A stretch of 62,783 nucleotides of DNA, counting the filler. It is 7 parts of 7 records of this genome, joined end to end, with 100 filler letters (N's around TTAATTAATTAA, not from the genome) between each part and the next. Parts side by side here need not be neighbours in the genome. Positions count along the whole stretch, not along the records: positions 33,732 to 44,056 come from SRR31147125_27723; 6 more parts are not named here. One strand, written 5' to 3'. Below the pieces are notes generated by a model that searched no databases, was not told the DNA's origin, and worked only from the letters and a program-made list of their open reading frames with translations. The position numbers were made by a program, and so were the translations under genes. Shown here in pieces: positions 34,466 to 44,156 of this stretch (position 1 is the first letter of the stretch; every line of letters starts with the position of its first letter).

Positions 34466-34553
34466 AATAATACTCTTCTTACTGTTTATATATTTTATTA
34501 TGGCCCTGATTAATTCGACTCTCTTACTCTCTGGTGTACTGGCATAAATTAAT

Positions 34554-35099
34554 TCAATTTATCAATTCTAACAATTTTTCATATAACTTAGCTGTAGCCA
34601 TTGCATCTCCCAATGCTGTATGTCGGCCTTGAACAGTAATTCCGAAGTGTTTAAAAGCTGAGGCCGAACTAGATAATTCAAGTTCAATTTTATCTGCATC
34701 TTGTAAAAATCTAATTATCGAGTATGTATCAACAATTCTGTGAGAAAAATGCTTACTAAAACTTCTACGATTATCTCTAAGCAATTTTTTTATAAAAGCG
34801 ATATCGAATTGAGTATTATGACCTGCCAAGTTAGCTAAACCATTACTATATTTACTACAAAAATATAATAGACTATTTATGGCTTCTTTTTGCGATACTG
34901 CTTTCTGGTTATGTAGTTCTTCGTTAAATTTATTGATTTTTTGAGCTCCGCTTGTCACACAATATTTCTTGGATTTTATGAAAATTTCAATAGTATCTAT
35001 AACTCCATGGCCTTGTTCCCAAGCAACACAACCAATAGACAATAAAGAGTGTGTCTGCGGGTCAATTCCACCTGTTTCCGTATCAATAAATATCAGCAT
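34554..35099 (-). CDS. DEDDh 3'-5' exonuclease (DnaQ/RNase T/Orn-like)
   Basis: ExoI FIDTETGG, ExoII AGHNTQFD, VDT, ExoIII HTALGDA. GAGGT RBS; start overlaps the upstream stop (ATGCTGA). Confidence 0.92.
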   Translation of the reverse strand: MLIFIDTETGGIDPQTHSLLSIGCVAWEQGHGVIDTIEIFIKSKKYCVTSGAQKINKFNEELHNQKAVSQKEAINSLLYFCSKYSNGLANLAGHNTQFDIAFIKKLLRDNRRSFSKHFSHRIVDTYSIIRFLQDADKIELELSSSASAFKHFGITVQGRHTALGDAMATAKLYEKLLELIN

Positions 35100-35884
35100 T
35101 GTTTTACCTCTTCTTGAAATTCTATTAATTCTCCATTATCAACATATTTTTTGAGTTCTCTAGAGTGGGATTTTATAGTTTCTATTTCATCTGAAATGTA
35201 GTTAAAAAACTCTCCGCCTTTATTAGCTTTTATTGCAGGAACCGATCCTTTTTCAGGTTTCTTATGATTGAAAAAAGACATGTAACAAGTATCATTGATT
35301 CTGTAGTAGCTTGCTTGGAGAGAATGATTAAATGCATAAACTTTAGCCCCTATATCTAAACAATCATGAATACATTCTAAAATGCGAGATTTTGTTTCTC
35401 CTTTTTTTTCAGGTAAAAAAGAAAAGCGCCTATCAAACTCTTCCATACATTCTTCTATTTGGGGGTTAGGAACATAGCAATTTATTGTTCCGCCACTTTT
35501 TATGAACTTTTCAAGGATATCTCTGTTACTTTCCCGCCATGTTCTTCCGTATACAAAGATCACATCCAACGATTTTGCCTTCTCTAATTCAACATCCCAA
35601 TTAATTCTTAAAAAGTTAAAATATATAGTCTCTATTCCGCTCTGATCAATATTATTTGATATTCCAATTAGTTTTCTAATTTGGAGCGCAAATGTATACT
35701 TCGCAATTGTTTCCCATAAGACATTTGCTAATAATGCTGTTGCTCCTGCAGACATAACCGTTATTAGGAAAATACGCCATGTATCATTAGCGATCTTTTC
35801 TAACAGAAAATAACTAACGAAAAACAAAGCAATAGCTGAAAAACCGCAGACGCATACAATTTTCCAATTAACTTGCTTGCTCAT
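35093..35884 (-). CDS. Two-TM membrane protein with a C-terminal PLD-like/DUF5919-like soluble domain
   Basis: Two N-terminal hydrophobic helices, then SGIETIY...W...AKSLDVIFVYGRTW...GGTINCYVPNP...SYYRINDTCYMSF...P.I...GGEFF. No HKD motif. GGAGG RBS. Domain call is from pattern memory. Confidence 0.6.
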   Translation of the reverse strand: MSKQVNWKIVCVCGFSAIALFFVSYFLLEKIANDTWRIFLITVMSAGATALLANVLWETIAKYTFALQIRKLIGISNNIDQSGIETIYFNFLRINWDVELEKAKSLDVIFVYGRTWRESNRDILEKFIKSGGTINCYVPNPQIEECMEEFDRRFSFLPEKKGETKSRILECIHDCLDIGAKVYAFNHSLQASYYRINDTCYMSFFNHKKPEKGSVPAIKANKGGEFFNYISDEIETIKSHSRELKKYVDNGELIEFQEEVKQC

Positions 35885-35981
35885 TTGCTTGCCTCCATCG
35901 TTATATTAAACTTGAAATATTTAGACCATTCCTTCAAATTGAAGTTCCCAAGATAATCGTAATAATCAATGTTGCGCTTTG

Positions 35982-36002
35982 AAAAAAGCTCTGCTGGCTT
36001 TT
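35982..36002 (-). terminator. Weak hairpin possibly ending the BREX transcript
   Basis: Minus strand AAAAGC-cagcaga-GCTTTTTT in the 269-nt gap after the desulfurase. Confidence 0.35.
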
Positions 36003-36153
36003 GAAATATCAATTTATTTGTCATCAAGGCACTTAGTATCTCTCAGCAAAATTATATATGATTTTATTACCTGCAAGTATATTATTGTTCGCTGGAAAAC
36101 AATATTGGCCTGCAGTCATGCAGTTCTAAGCCCTAAAGAAAAATTTTTTGACG

Positions 36154-37284
36154 TTAAACACGCAATATTTTCTTTAAAGTTGTTACTATCATATTAACAT
36201 CGTCTGGGGTGTTGTATTTTCCAAACGAGATTCGTATAGTTCCATTAGCATATTTTGCTGGAATGTGTAGTGCTTTAATAACATGTGACAACTCCGTACT
36301 CATAGAATTACATGCTGAACCTGTTGAAATGGCTATACCAGCTAAATCCATTCTATGGAGTATGGCCTCACCATCTATCCCGTTTATTGAAATGCTCACT
36401 AGACCGGGAAGCTTTGGAGCATCACCGTTAAGGACAAAATTAACACCTGCATATTTCAATTGGCCAAGCAATGATGCCTCCAATTGAGTTTGCAAAGCAA
36501 TATTAACATCCATGAAGTCAATGTTATTTTTTAGGGCAGCACTCATCGCAATAATTCCCGAAATATTCTCTGTCCCAGCTCTCAAGTGTTTTTCTTGGTC
36601 ACCACCATGTGCGAAGGGCAATATTTCCGTTCCATTTTTTATATATAAAAAGCCAACACCTTTAGGCCCATTGAATTTATGCGCAGACGATGACAGCATG
36701 TCGACGTCCAATTCTTTTACATCAATTGGAACATGACCTACAGCCTGAACGGCATCAGTATGAAAATAGCTGCCGTTTTTATGTGCGATCTCAACCAATT
36801 TCCGTATTGGCTGAATGGTGCCAATTTCGTTGTTAGCATACATAACTGAAACGAGCCGTGTATCAGGCGTAATAAATTGCGATAGTGTTGATGGCTCAAC
36901 TACTCCGTATGAGCTTACGGGGAGATATGCAACGGGATACCCCTTATACTCCATGAAACTGCAAGCACGCAAGATAGCATGATGCTCAATAACAGATGTG
37001 ATTATAGAAGGCTTGTCCGCTCCGTATGTGGCAATACCTTTAATTGCCCAGTTATCACTTTCAGTTCCGCCAGAAGTAAAATAGATTTCATCTTCTTCAG
37101 CGTTGATGGCCTTAGCAATGATCCTGCGAGCTTCCTTGAGTGCTTTCTTTGGTGCTCTCGCAGAGGAATAAAGACTCGATGCGTTGCCGTATTCTTCAAG
37201 CAAATACGGTTGCATTGCATCATATGCACATTTATCCAGTTTTGTAGTTGCCGCATTGTCTGCGTAAATAAAGTGATTTTGCAT
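36154..37284 (-). CDS. Group I cysteine desulfurase (IscS/DndA-like), BREX-associated
   Basis: YADNAATT, FTSGGTESDN, HTDAVQA, SAHKFNGPKG, RAGTEN, STGSAC. ATG 37284 follows GAGG, 8 nt past the brxL stop. Confidence 0.93.
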   Translation of the reverse strand: MQNHFIYADNAATTKLDKCAYDAMQPYLLEEYGNASSLYSSARAPKKALKEARRIIAKAINAEEDEIYFTSGGTESDNWAIKGIATYGADKPSIITSVIEHHAILRACSFMEYKGYPVAYLPVSSYGVVEPSTLSQFITPDTRLVSVMYANNEIGTIQPIRKLVEIAHKNGSYFHTDAVQAVGHVPIDVKELDVDMLSSSAHKFNGPKGVGFLYIKNGTEILPFAHGGDQEKHLRAGTENISGIIAMSAALKNNIDFMDVNIALQTQLEASLLGQLKYAGVNFVLNGDAPKLPGLVSISINGIDGEAILHRMDLAGIAISTGSACNSMSTELSHVIKALHIPAKYANGTIRISFGKYNTPDDVNMIVTTLKKILRV

Positions 37285-37292
37285 ATACCGCC

Positions 37293-38741
37293 TCAATAAT
37301 TATATTTAATATCCGGAATATCCTTTTTCCCTGGAACATTGAATTCCCGTGGGTCAACAATACATAACTGTTTCTTTATTGTACGACGCATTTCCATTGC
37401 AGGTTCAAGGCAATACTTAATGAATTCCTCTGGTGCAATATCTGACTTTTTCTTTGCCTGCGGAAAAATTAGCTTTACAAAGGCCGTACACAATCTTTTA
37501 ATCGCAGTTAAATCGCGCAAATCCGGTTTTTCTGGAATCAGCAATGCTTCATCAACAATCGCTGAATAAATCATTTCATCACGAAGTGCATGTAATACTT
37601 CCGCAAAATACTCCGTATTTAGTGCCCACCCATTGGCAACAAGTCCTTGGTGCATTCGAGGAATTTCCCATCCGGGTATCATACCGTGAAATCTATCCAA
37701 AGTTGCCGATTCTCTAAAAATTGGGTTTATTTCTTCTACCATATTTGTATTTGTGTCAAATCTACTCGCGTCAATGTTACCTAATACTATGATACCGGCA
37801 TCAGCCTCAGTTTTTGAGTCAAACCCCTTGATTTCGCCAAACTCCATGTAGTCTTTTAAAGCGGTCTGAATTTGGCCGGACTGTTCAAATTTCATGGTTT
37901 GTATTTCATCAAATGCCACAAAATCAAACCGAGTAATCAGACCACCAGTCTTTTTAGCATTATCATAAATCAGTGAAGCTCTTGAAACTGTACCTCCTGA
38001 TATCAGCCAACCTCTCTTACTTATTTTATGAAAAACATAACTTTTCCCTGTACCTTTCGGCGCTAGTTCAATCAAATTGACGCGACGTTCAACGAACGGC
38101 AGGAGTCTTCGTAATACAAATAATTTTTGCTTTTCCGAATCATATCCATCTGGATTGTAATCTGCTGAAGAAATCAGTACGTCAATCCATTCTTCAGTCG
38201 AAAAATTTTTGCGTCCTTCACGATATACGCCAAAGTCTACTGTATAAGGACAGAAAGGGCTATAATCTACCATCTTAATATAACCATTTGCTTTTTTGCT
38301 AGAGTAATCTCGGCTCCAAACAAGCTCAACAATGCCCCAGTTCTCATTTTCCCGTAGCAGCGTTTCTTGCCACTTATCTGCGACTAAGTTTTCTGCAATT
38401 CCTCCTGCGCCTGACCGGGTTCCACCAAAATCGGGAAGTTCAAACGTTGTTTGTCCAGACTTTATATCCACTGATACACGTAGCCGTGCCAAAAAGCGGA
38501 CTGCCTCACCATTAATAAGTCGGAATTTTAATTGTTCAAAATCCTCTTGGCTTGGTATATAGGTCTTAATATACGTCGAAACGCGGTCAATATCTATTTC
38601 CCCATTTTCATCAGAAAATTTCATTACAAGCCAGTCTCGCATATATGATGGCAAACTCAAACTAGAGAAAAACTCTGTGCGTTTTGGATTTTTTAGAACT
38701 ACCATGTCTGGAAACACGTCTCGTATTTTTTTGTCGTTCAT
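37293..38741 (-). CDS. brxL: BREX BrxL-like AAA+ ATPase without the C-terminal Lon protease domain
   Basis: EEWIDVLI, RLLPFVE...NLIELAPKGTGKSY (Walker A), VAFDEIQ (Walker B), ESATLDRFHG.IPGWEIP; 482 aa. Confidence 0.88.
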   Translation of the reverse strand: MNDKKIRDVFPDMVVLKNPKRTEFFSSLSLPSYMRDWLVMKFSDENGEIDIDRVSTYIKTYIPSQEDFEQLKFRLINGEAVRFLARLRVSVDIKSGQTTFELPDFGGTRSGAGGIAENLVADKWQETLLRENENWGIVELVWSRDYSSKKANGYIKMVDYSPFCPYTVDFGVYREGRKNFSTEEWIDVLISSADYNPDGYDSEKQKLFVLRRLLPFVERRVNLIELAPKGTGKSYVFHKISKRGWLISGGTVSRASLIYDNAKKTGGLITRFDFVAFDEIQTMKFEQSGQIQTALKDYMEFGEIKGFDSKTEADAGIIVLGNIDASRFDTNTNMVEEINPIFRESATLDRFHGMIPGWEIPRMHQGLVANGWALNTEYFAEVLHALRDEMIYSAIVDEALLIPEKPDLRDLTAIKRLCTAFVKLIFPQAKKKSDIAPEEFIKYCLEPAMEMRRTIKKQLCIVDPREFNVPGKKDIPDIKYNY

Positions 38742-38758
38742 GACGGAACACCCCTCAT

Positions 38759-38962
38759 TTATAGGAACAATGTACAGCCCTGCTCTTTAAACTCCTGTAT
38801 TTTAATTTCTAAATCTTTTCTGCTACATTCTAAATATTCGGCAAGGCAATCAATGCAATAGAATTCTTCGCTATCAGGACCTAATAACTTTTTTGTTAAT
38901 GCTGTTTCATCTTTTTTTAATGCTTTATTACATTCACAACAAACATGTTTTCTTCGCGCCAT
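38759..38962 (-). CDS. Small Cys-rich, probably Zn-binding protein (67 aa) in the BREX operon
   Basis: MARRKHVCCEC...FYCIDCL...FKEQGCTLFL. ATG lies 1 nt after the pglZ stop, behind GGGGGA; stop is 17 nt before brxL. Confidence 0.8.
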   Translation of the reverse strand: MARRKHVCCECNKALKKDETALTKKLLGPDSEEFYCIDCLAEYLECSRKDLEIKIQEFKEQGCTLFL

Positions 38963-38963
38963 T

Positions 38964-41320
38964 TTATGGAAGTCCCCCCATGTTCCCAGTGCTGATTCCA
39001 CTTGCAATTGTCAATTTCGCTTTTTTATTCAGAAGTCGTCCATTTGCTGTGATCATTAGTTCAACGTCTCCACCACGTCCTATGCTCTCAAAGTACATAA
39101 GCCATTTTGTTGGATCGACGGTCTTTAAGCAATTACAAGTACCTCTATCAAGATCAATTTCCAACGAGTATACCGGAGCGTCAAATTGAATTTCTGTTGA
39201 AGCCTTACCACCTTTTGCTTTTAATTGTTCTGTTTGAATGGTAAACACTAGCGGTTTTGGAGGACCAGATCGCTTAAGGACTATCACTGGAACAATGCAT
39301 TCTTCCGGTGTTAAACCTCCATGCAATTCTCCTGCAATTGCAGTATCATCCGTATTACCACCTGCGGCATTTCCAGATTGTTTATAATGATTATAATCCT
39401 TCATTACCAGATACTGTTTACCCTCGAACTTGCATAATGCGACATTATCCAATAAATCTTCTGGTGCTGGGTCTTTTTCTAGCTTACAAAAGCGACCATG
39501 TGCCATTGCTACTGCTCCAGCAGGCAAAAAAGTATATGCAGAGTGAAAAGCCAATGCTGCTAAGCGACTGCTGCCATGATCGCCCGTCATAATGACATAT
39601 TCGTGTTCATCGAGCATAGATATAGCTTCTTGTGTAAGTTCGATAATTGCCTGTATTTGCCCCGCAATACAAGAAAAATAGTCATGATCATCTGGCATTC
39701 CTTTGTGCGAGAGGGTGTCTAGGCGATTACGTTTTATATACTCAAATTCATTTTTATCCCATTGTTCATTGAATTCGGTTTCAGAAGGGATGCGAGCAGC
39801 AGCGATATATGTCCTGTAATCAAATTTTAATTCCCTGCGCTCATCCAATATGTTACACACAAGCGACATCCATTCTAGTCCCATTCCATCGACCCAGAGT
39901 GCCTCGCAATCATGCCCGTTATACTCGGACAATAGTGAAAACCTCGTGTCCAAATTTTCAATGTCAGGGTATGACAGTGGCTTATCTACGACACGATTGA
40001 TAAACTTGTTTCGTTTGTACCACGAAAAATATTCTGTGTAGCTTTTATAATGAGATTTTGGAGTAGTCATATATGCAGATAGCTCTGGAAACACGTGCTT
40101 TACTTCAGCTGCTACCTTATTATAAGCTTCTGAAGAGCTGGCACTCGTTCGTAGCCAACGACATACCGTCTTAATAATATACGCTCGTTCTTCTTGTGTA
40201 GTTGCAGTAAGAAGTTCAAGAACGGTATCTGGCATATACCCATCCAATTCAGCAAAGAACTTTGCCGATGGAATGGCATTTCTAAGCCCTGCATAATGCT
40301 ACGCCTTTGCATAACCCAATCTGGTTTGCTTTTGATGTACGGAATAATATCATTGGCAACGTGAGATGCTACATCTCCCAATTCGCTTGGCAAAAGTCTA
40401 TGGATAATAGAGCCCACATAATCTTCAGGTGTATGTACCTGAAACCATATCCATACATATAAACGACTGATATCATCCAAAGCATCCCATCGGGAAATAA
40501 CGCTCGAGCTATCGAATTGCTTCAAGTTGATAGCTGTCAAAATCGCATTATCAACGCTACCATGTTTCTGCGTGTCTTTGAGAAGTTTTGCCCAGTATAA
40601 GTTATCTAAACAAGAAGGTGAAATAGAGTTAATTGAGTTATCAATTCCGGCTAAAAAATCATAGGGATTTTTAATTATATTGATGGTTACTGTCCCGAAA
40701 GTATCCTCACAGTCGTTATATTGAGACGTCACCAGCATAGCATTACCATCTGATAGCTTCGTTCTCCAAGTCAGCAGCCAATCTTTGAAGCCTGCAGCAG
40801 CATAATAATCCGGTAGGGCCTCACGGAACATATCAGAATAAATTGTAACGTAATATTGATTTTTTTCTGTATCATCTAATTGCCATAAAAAATCTACTTG
40901 CCGTGCATTCACTGTGCCTACGACACGTTCGAAAAGCTCAGATGCAGAAAAAACCGGCATAAAGACACGGGTTTGCGTATCAACAGAATATTGCTTACTC
41001 CAAAAATCTTCAAACTGCGAAGCTTCAGTTTGTGGACTTTCACGCCGAATAGCCATACGCAAATATTCTCCTATAGACAGCAGCAATATCTGTTTATTTT
41101 GTTCTTTACTGATACGAGCAATCAGTTTTGAGAAACGAGGATGCGTATCGTTGCCAGCACAAAATTCACCCAAGTTGAGTGTGAGATCACAGCAGGTTTT
41201 CAACTGATGGACAAGATTGTTGTACCCTTTCAAGCTATTGCAGAAAATAATACGAAGTGGATAACGTGAGATAATGCACCGCTCTTCATCAACTTTCTGC
41301 ATGATTTCTGTAATGTTCAC
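38964..41320 (-). CDS. pglZ: BREX PglZ alkaline-phosphatase-family protein (type 4-like, ~785 aa), split by a frameshift at ~40280
   Basis: LWVDGMGLEW, PSETEFN, LDTLSH, TGDHGSSRLA, HGGLTPEECIVPV. ORFs 40112..41320 and 38964..40247 join (GLENAIPSAKFFAELDGY) if one A is added at 40279-40281. AGGAGG precedes GTG 41320. Confidence 0.88.
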
Positions 41321-41338
41321 AATACGCCTCCTGTTCCC

Positions 41339-44056
41339 TTAATCAACAAAGAATTTGTAGAGCTCAGGATATTTCTCCATTGCTGATACGATACGTTTGC
41401 GCAAAATGTCTACGTTATAATGCATAACGTTTTTCTTTGCGTCAGTTTCAACCTTAACAGCATATTTTGCCTTGATATAGGTCTCCACAATGCCCGCAAT
41501 TTTTCCTCCCTGATTTGCCCAACCGTATACATTTGGCCCACACTGAACTCTAATTTTTGTATAGATTTCATCCTGATATACTACGAAATCTTCACGGAAT
41601 CTTTCTCCAATCTGTTCAAAAAACTTGTTGGTAATAAAATGAGCGTCCCGTAAGTAGGAAAAATCTCCCATAGTGAAATATTTGTTAGCATTATAAAGAT
41701 CATTATCGCTTACAAGCTTATTGTGGTTAATATCAGCTACACAAGTAAAAAATGAAATGTCATCTTTAGGAACAACCCATTGGATCGGTACCTGAAAATT
41801 CTTACACCAAGCATCCACAGTATCGAAACCACTAATTTCAAGCCACCGTGATGTCAAAAGTGTTTTGTTATGCTCATGTTTAATTGAATTCAGAGAACGA
41901 CTGATCACTGCCTCAAAAGCCGGAAGGGCAGTACTATAATCCCACTCTTTTGCTTCGTTATAAACCGTTTCAACATCATCGTCACTGTATGGAATTCCTT
42001 TTGCTGCGATATATTTTTCAAGCAACACTTTGGAGCTACCAACGTTTTGCCAGGCATTTTTACCATGTTGCTTTAATACGGTGACTAAATTTTCTCTGTC
42101 GGCTCGATCAACATTTTGCCATGGAGTCTGCGTAAGCTTGTACATCAAGTCCAGTGCGTCAAACCATGGGAAGTTCATTGCTGCAATAACTGTTCCCGGC
42201 ACTTTCATAATAGAGAAACAATTTTTCATTGTTTTAATATGCCCTGATAAGGTCTTTTCCGTAGTGCCAAGTGCATCGTTTAGTTCATTTATGACAGAGT
42301 ATTCCAAAGTTAAATCTGCAAGTTTATCTTTAACCTGTTCCTCGGTCCATGTATCAATATTTACTTGCATAAGCCTTTTTACAGCATCAAAAAGCTCACT
42401 ATCATTTAATCGCAATGAGTCTACCAGCCCTTGCAGCTCCTCTGATTGCGCACACAGGAACGACTTAAATGCTGAATACCTAAGAGATTCATTTCCATAG
42501 TTATCGGCAAATGCTTTACGTATTTTCCCCTTTCCAGTAAAGAGGTTAATGACCGTAGCCATTATCTCTTCTTGATCATCTCCATCGCGCTTTTGTGTAA
42601 ATTTATAAAAACCGTCAATTGCGGCATCATAGGTAACCTTTGCATCAATCCCACCGACCGCATTAATATCAACATATTTTAAAGCCCAGAGTGGTACACC
42701 TGAAGCAATTATTTTAGCACACAACGAATGTCTAGCACGTTCTTCATTCGGGATTTCATTTTCAATTAAATTGAAAACTTTACTCAAGTATGGCTTAAAT
42801 TCTTGCCATATTTTTGAGCCAGAAGAAAGCGTATGATTGATTACTTTTTCTTGACACATTGCAAGAATCATGGATGCTAAATTTTTCTCTGAAAGGGGGA
42901 AAGGATTTGAATCGCTATTTACCCAGTTAAAGTCACTGCCTTTCCAAAACCGAAATACAAAACCTAGTAGGTAAACACAAGTATGGTTATTATAATAGCC
43001 AAATGGAGGTTTCTGTAGTTCTAACCAAAGTGCATCAAGGGGGATCTTCGCACCCTGTATCATTTTGCCATGAATGTAGGCAGCCAGCTGAGCTACAGCC
43101 TTTGCAGCAGGTGAACCTGACGAAAGTTCGAGAGACTCAATAGTATCTATATCCCATAATTTTGCTGTCTTTACCGCATTTTCTATATTCTTGATCTGTG
43201 CATTGTTTGGCGAGTTAAGTGTCACGCCTGCCAGGGCTGTACTTTCATGAGCTTTTTTGTACGCAGTATTGGTCTGCACAACAAGCTCAGGGGCAGCTTG
43301 GAAAACGGCAAAAATCACATCATTCTTAATGCGTTTGCGTAGCTCTCCAGAGCCAAAGATATTCTGATATATTTTCTCTCCGTAAAAAGCAGCAAGCTGA
43401 CTATTGATAGCACTGCCACTCCACGTCTCACGGATGGTTGCCATCTCTAATTCATATTTTTGCTTTGAGGCATCCTTTCCGTCTTCATTGGCCAATTCAT
43501 AATTCGTTTTAGAACGATACCATGAATTCAGAGTCTCATAAGAGAGGGGCTCCTTTAAAACGCAGAAAACCATACGACCGGTATCGTTTTGTTTGACATA
43601 GTCCTGAATTTTTGTTTGTACTGGTACATAATGACTATTTTCGGAAATGACAACGGTTAAAAGCCCAATTTTATAGGGGCTTTTAGTAAGCTCAGCTTCT
43701 ATCTCCTCATAGCGCTGCTTTATGCTTTGTGTATCCTCAGAGCATGCAGCAATACACATACGTGAAAATGTCGCATCATTTTTATCCCAGAGTTGATTCT
43801 CGATTGACTTAGAAAATTCTCCACCTTTGCGGAAAAGCATATATCTAGTATTGTCCTTTGCCGTTTTCTCCAGACGTACATCGAATTTTTCCACATTACG
43901 GCCATATGGTAGTTCTAAACGTGCGTCTTTCCCATTAGGCGTTTCAGCAAGCAACAAGATATCGCTGTCGTGCAATCCTTGCAGACATTCATCAACTTTC
44001 TCAGGCTTTAATTGCCCGGCGAAACATCGCCGTAAAGTGTTTCTCGTCGCATCGAC
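41339..44056 (-). CDS. C-terminal ~905 aa of a large BrxC/PglY-like protein, 5'-truncated (ATPase motifs not in view)
   Basis: Frame is open to the contig end, contains LQKPPFGY, and ends 18 nt upstream of pglZ. The call rests mainly on gene position. Confidence 0.65.
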   Translation of the reverse strand, partial: VDATRNTLRRCFAGQLKPEKVDECLQGLHDSDILLLAETPNGKDARLELPYGRNVEKFDVRLEKTAKDNTRYMLFRKGGEFSKSIENQLWDKNDATFSRMCIAACSEDTQSIKQRYEEIEAELTKSPYKIGLLTVVISENSHYVPVQTKIQDYVKQNDTGRMVFCVLKEPLSYETLNSWYRSKTNYELANEDGKDASKQKYELEMATIRETWSGSAINSQLAAFYGEKIYQNIFGSGELRKRIKNDVIFAVFQAAPELVVQTNTAYKKAHESTALAGVTLNSPNNAQIKNIENAVKTAKLWDIDTIESLELSSGSPAAKAVAQLAAYIHGKMIQGAKIPLDALWLELQKPPFGYYNNHTCVYLLGFVFRFWKGSDFNWVNSDSNPFPLSEKNLASMILAMCQEKVINHTLSSGSKIWQEFKPYLSKVFNLIENEIPNEERARHSLCAKIIASGVPLWALKYVDINAVGGIDAKVTYDAAIDGFYKFTQKRDGDDQEEIMATVINLFTGKGKIRKAFADNYGNESLRYSAFKSFLCAQSEELQGLVDSLRLNDSELFDAVKRLMQVNIDTWTEEQVKDKLADLTLEYSVINELNDALGTTEKTLSGHIKTMKNCFSIMKVPGTVIAAMNFPWFDALDLMYKLTQTPWQNVDRADRENLVTVLKQHGKNAWQNVGSSKVLLEKYIAAKGIPYSDDDVETVYNEAKEWDYSTALPAFEAVISRSLNSIKHEHNKTLLTSRWLEISGFDTVDAWCKNFQVPIQWVVPKDDISFFTCVADINHNKLVSDNDLYNANKYFTMGDFSYLRDAHFITNKFFEQIGERFREDFVVYQDEIYTKIRVQCGPNVYGWANQGGKIAGIVETYIKAKYAVKVETDAKKNVMHYNVDILRKRIVSAMEKYPELYKFFVD

Positions 44057-44156
44057 NNNNNNNNNNNNNNNNNNNNNNNNNNNNNNNNNNNNNNNNNNNN
44101 TTAATTAATTAANNNNNNNNNNNNNNNNNNNNNNNNNNNNNNNNNNNNNNNNNNNN
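44057..44156. other. Artificial contig spacer
   Basis: N44-TTAATTAATTAA-N44. Confidence 0.99.

Noticed and set aside
33749-35884. Calling the trio Pycsar or CBASS
   Set aside because: No CD-NTase is present, the cyclase lacks the canonical Asn/Arg helix residues, and the membrane protein does not resemble PycTM, TIR-cNMP or SAVED effectors by eye.
19060-37284. Functional link between the suf operon and the BREX cysteine desulfurase
   Set aside because: Different contigs and probably different organisms; the enzymes are group II and group I respectively.
38964-41320. pglZ as two genes or a pseudogene
   Set aside because: One added A in a 3-nt run restores a continuous protein with intact catalytic motifs.
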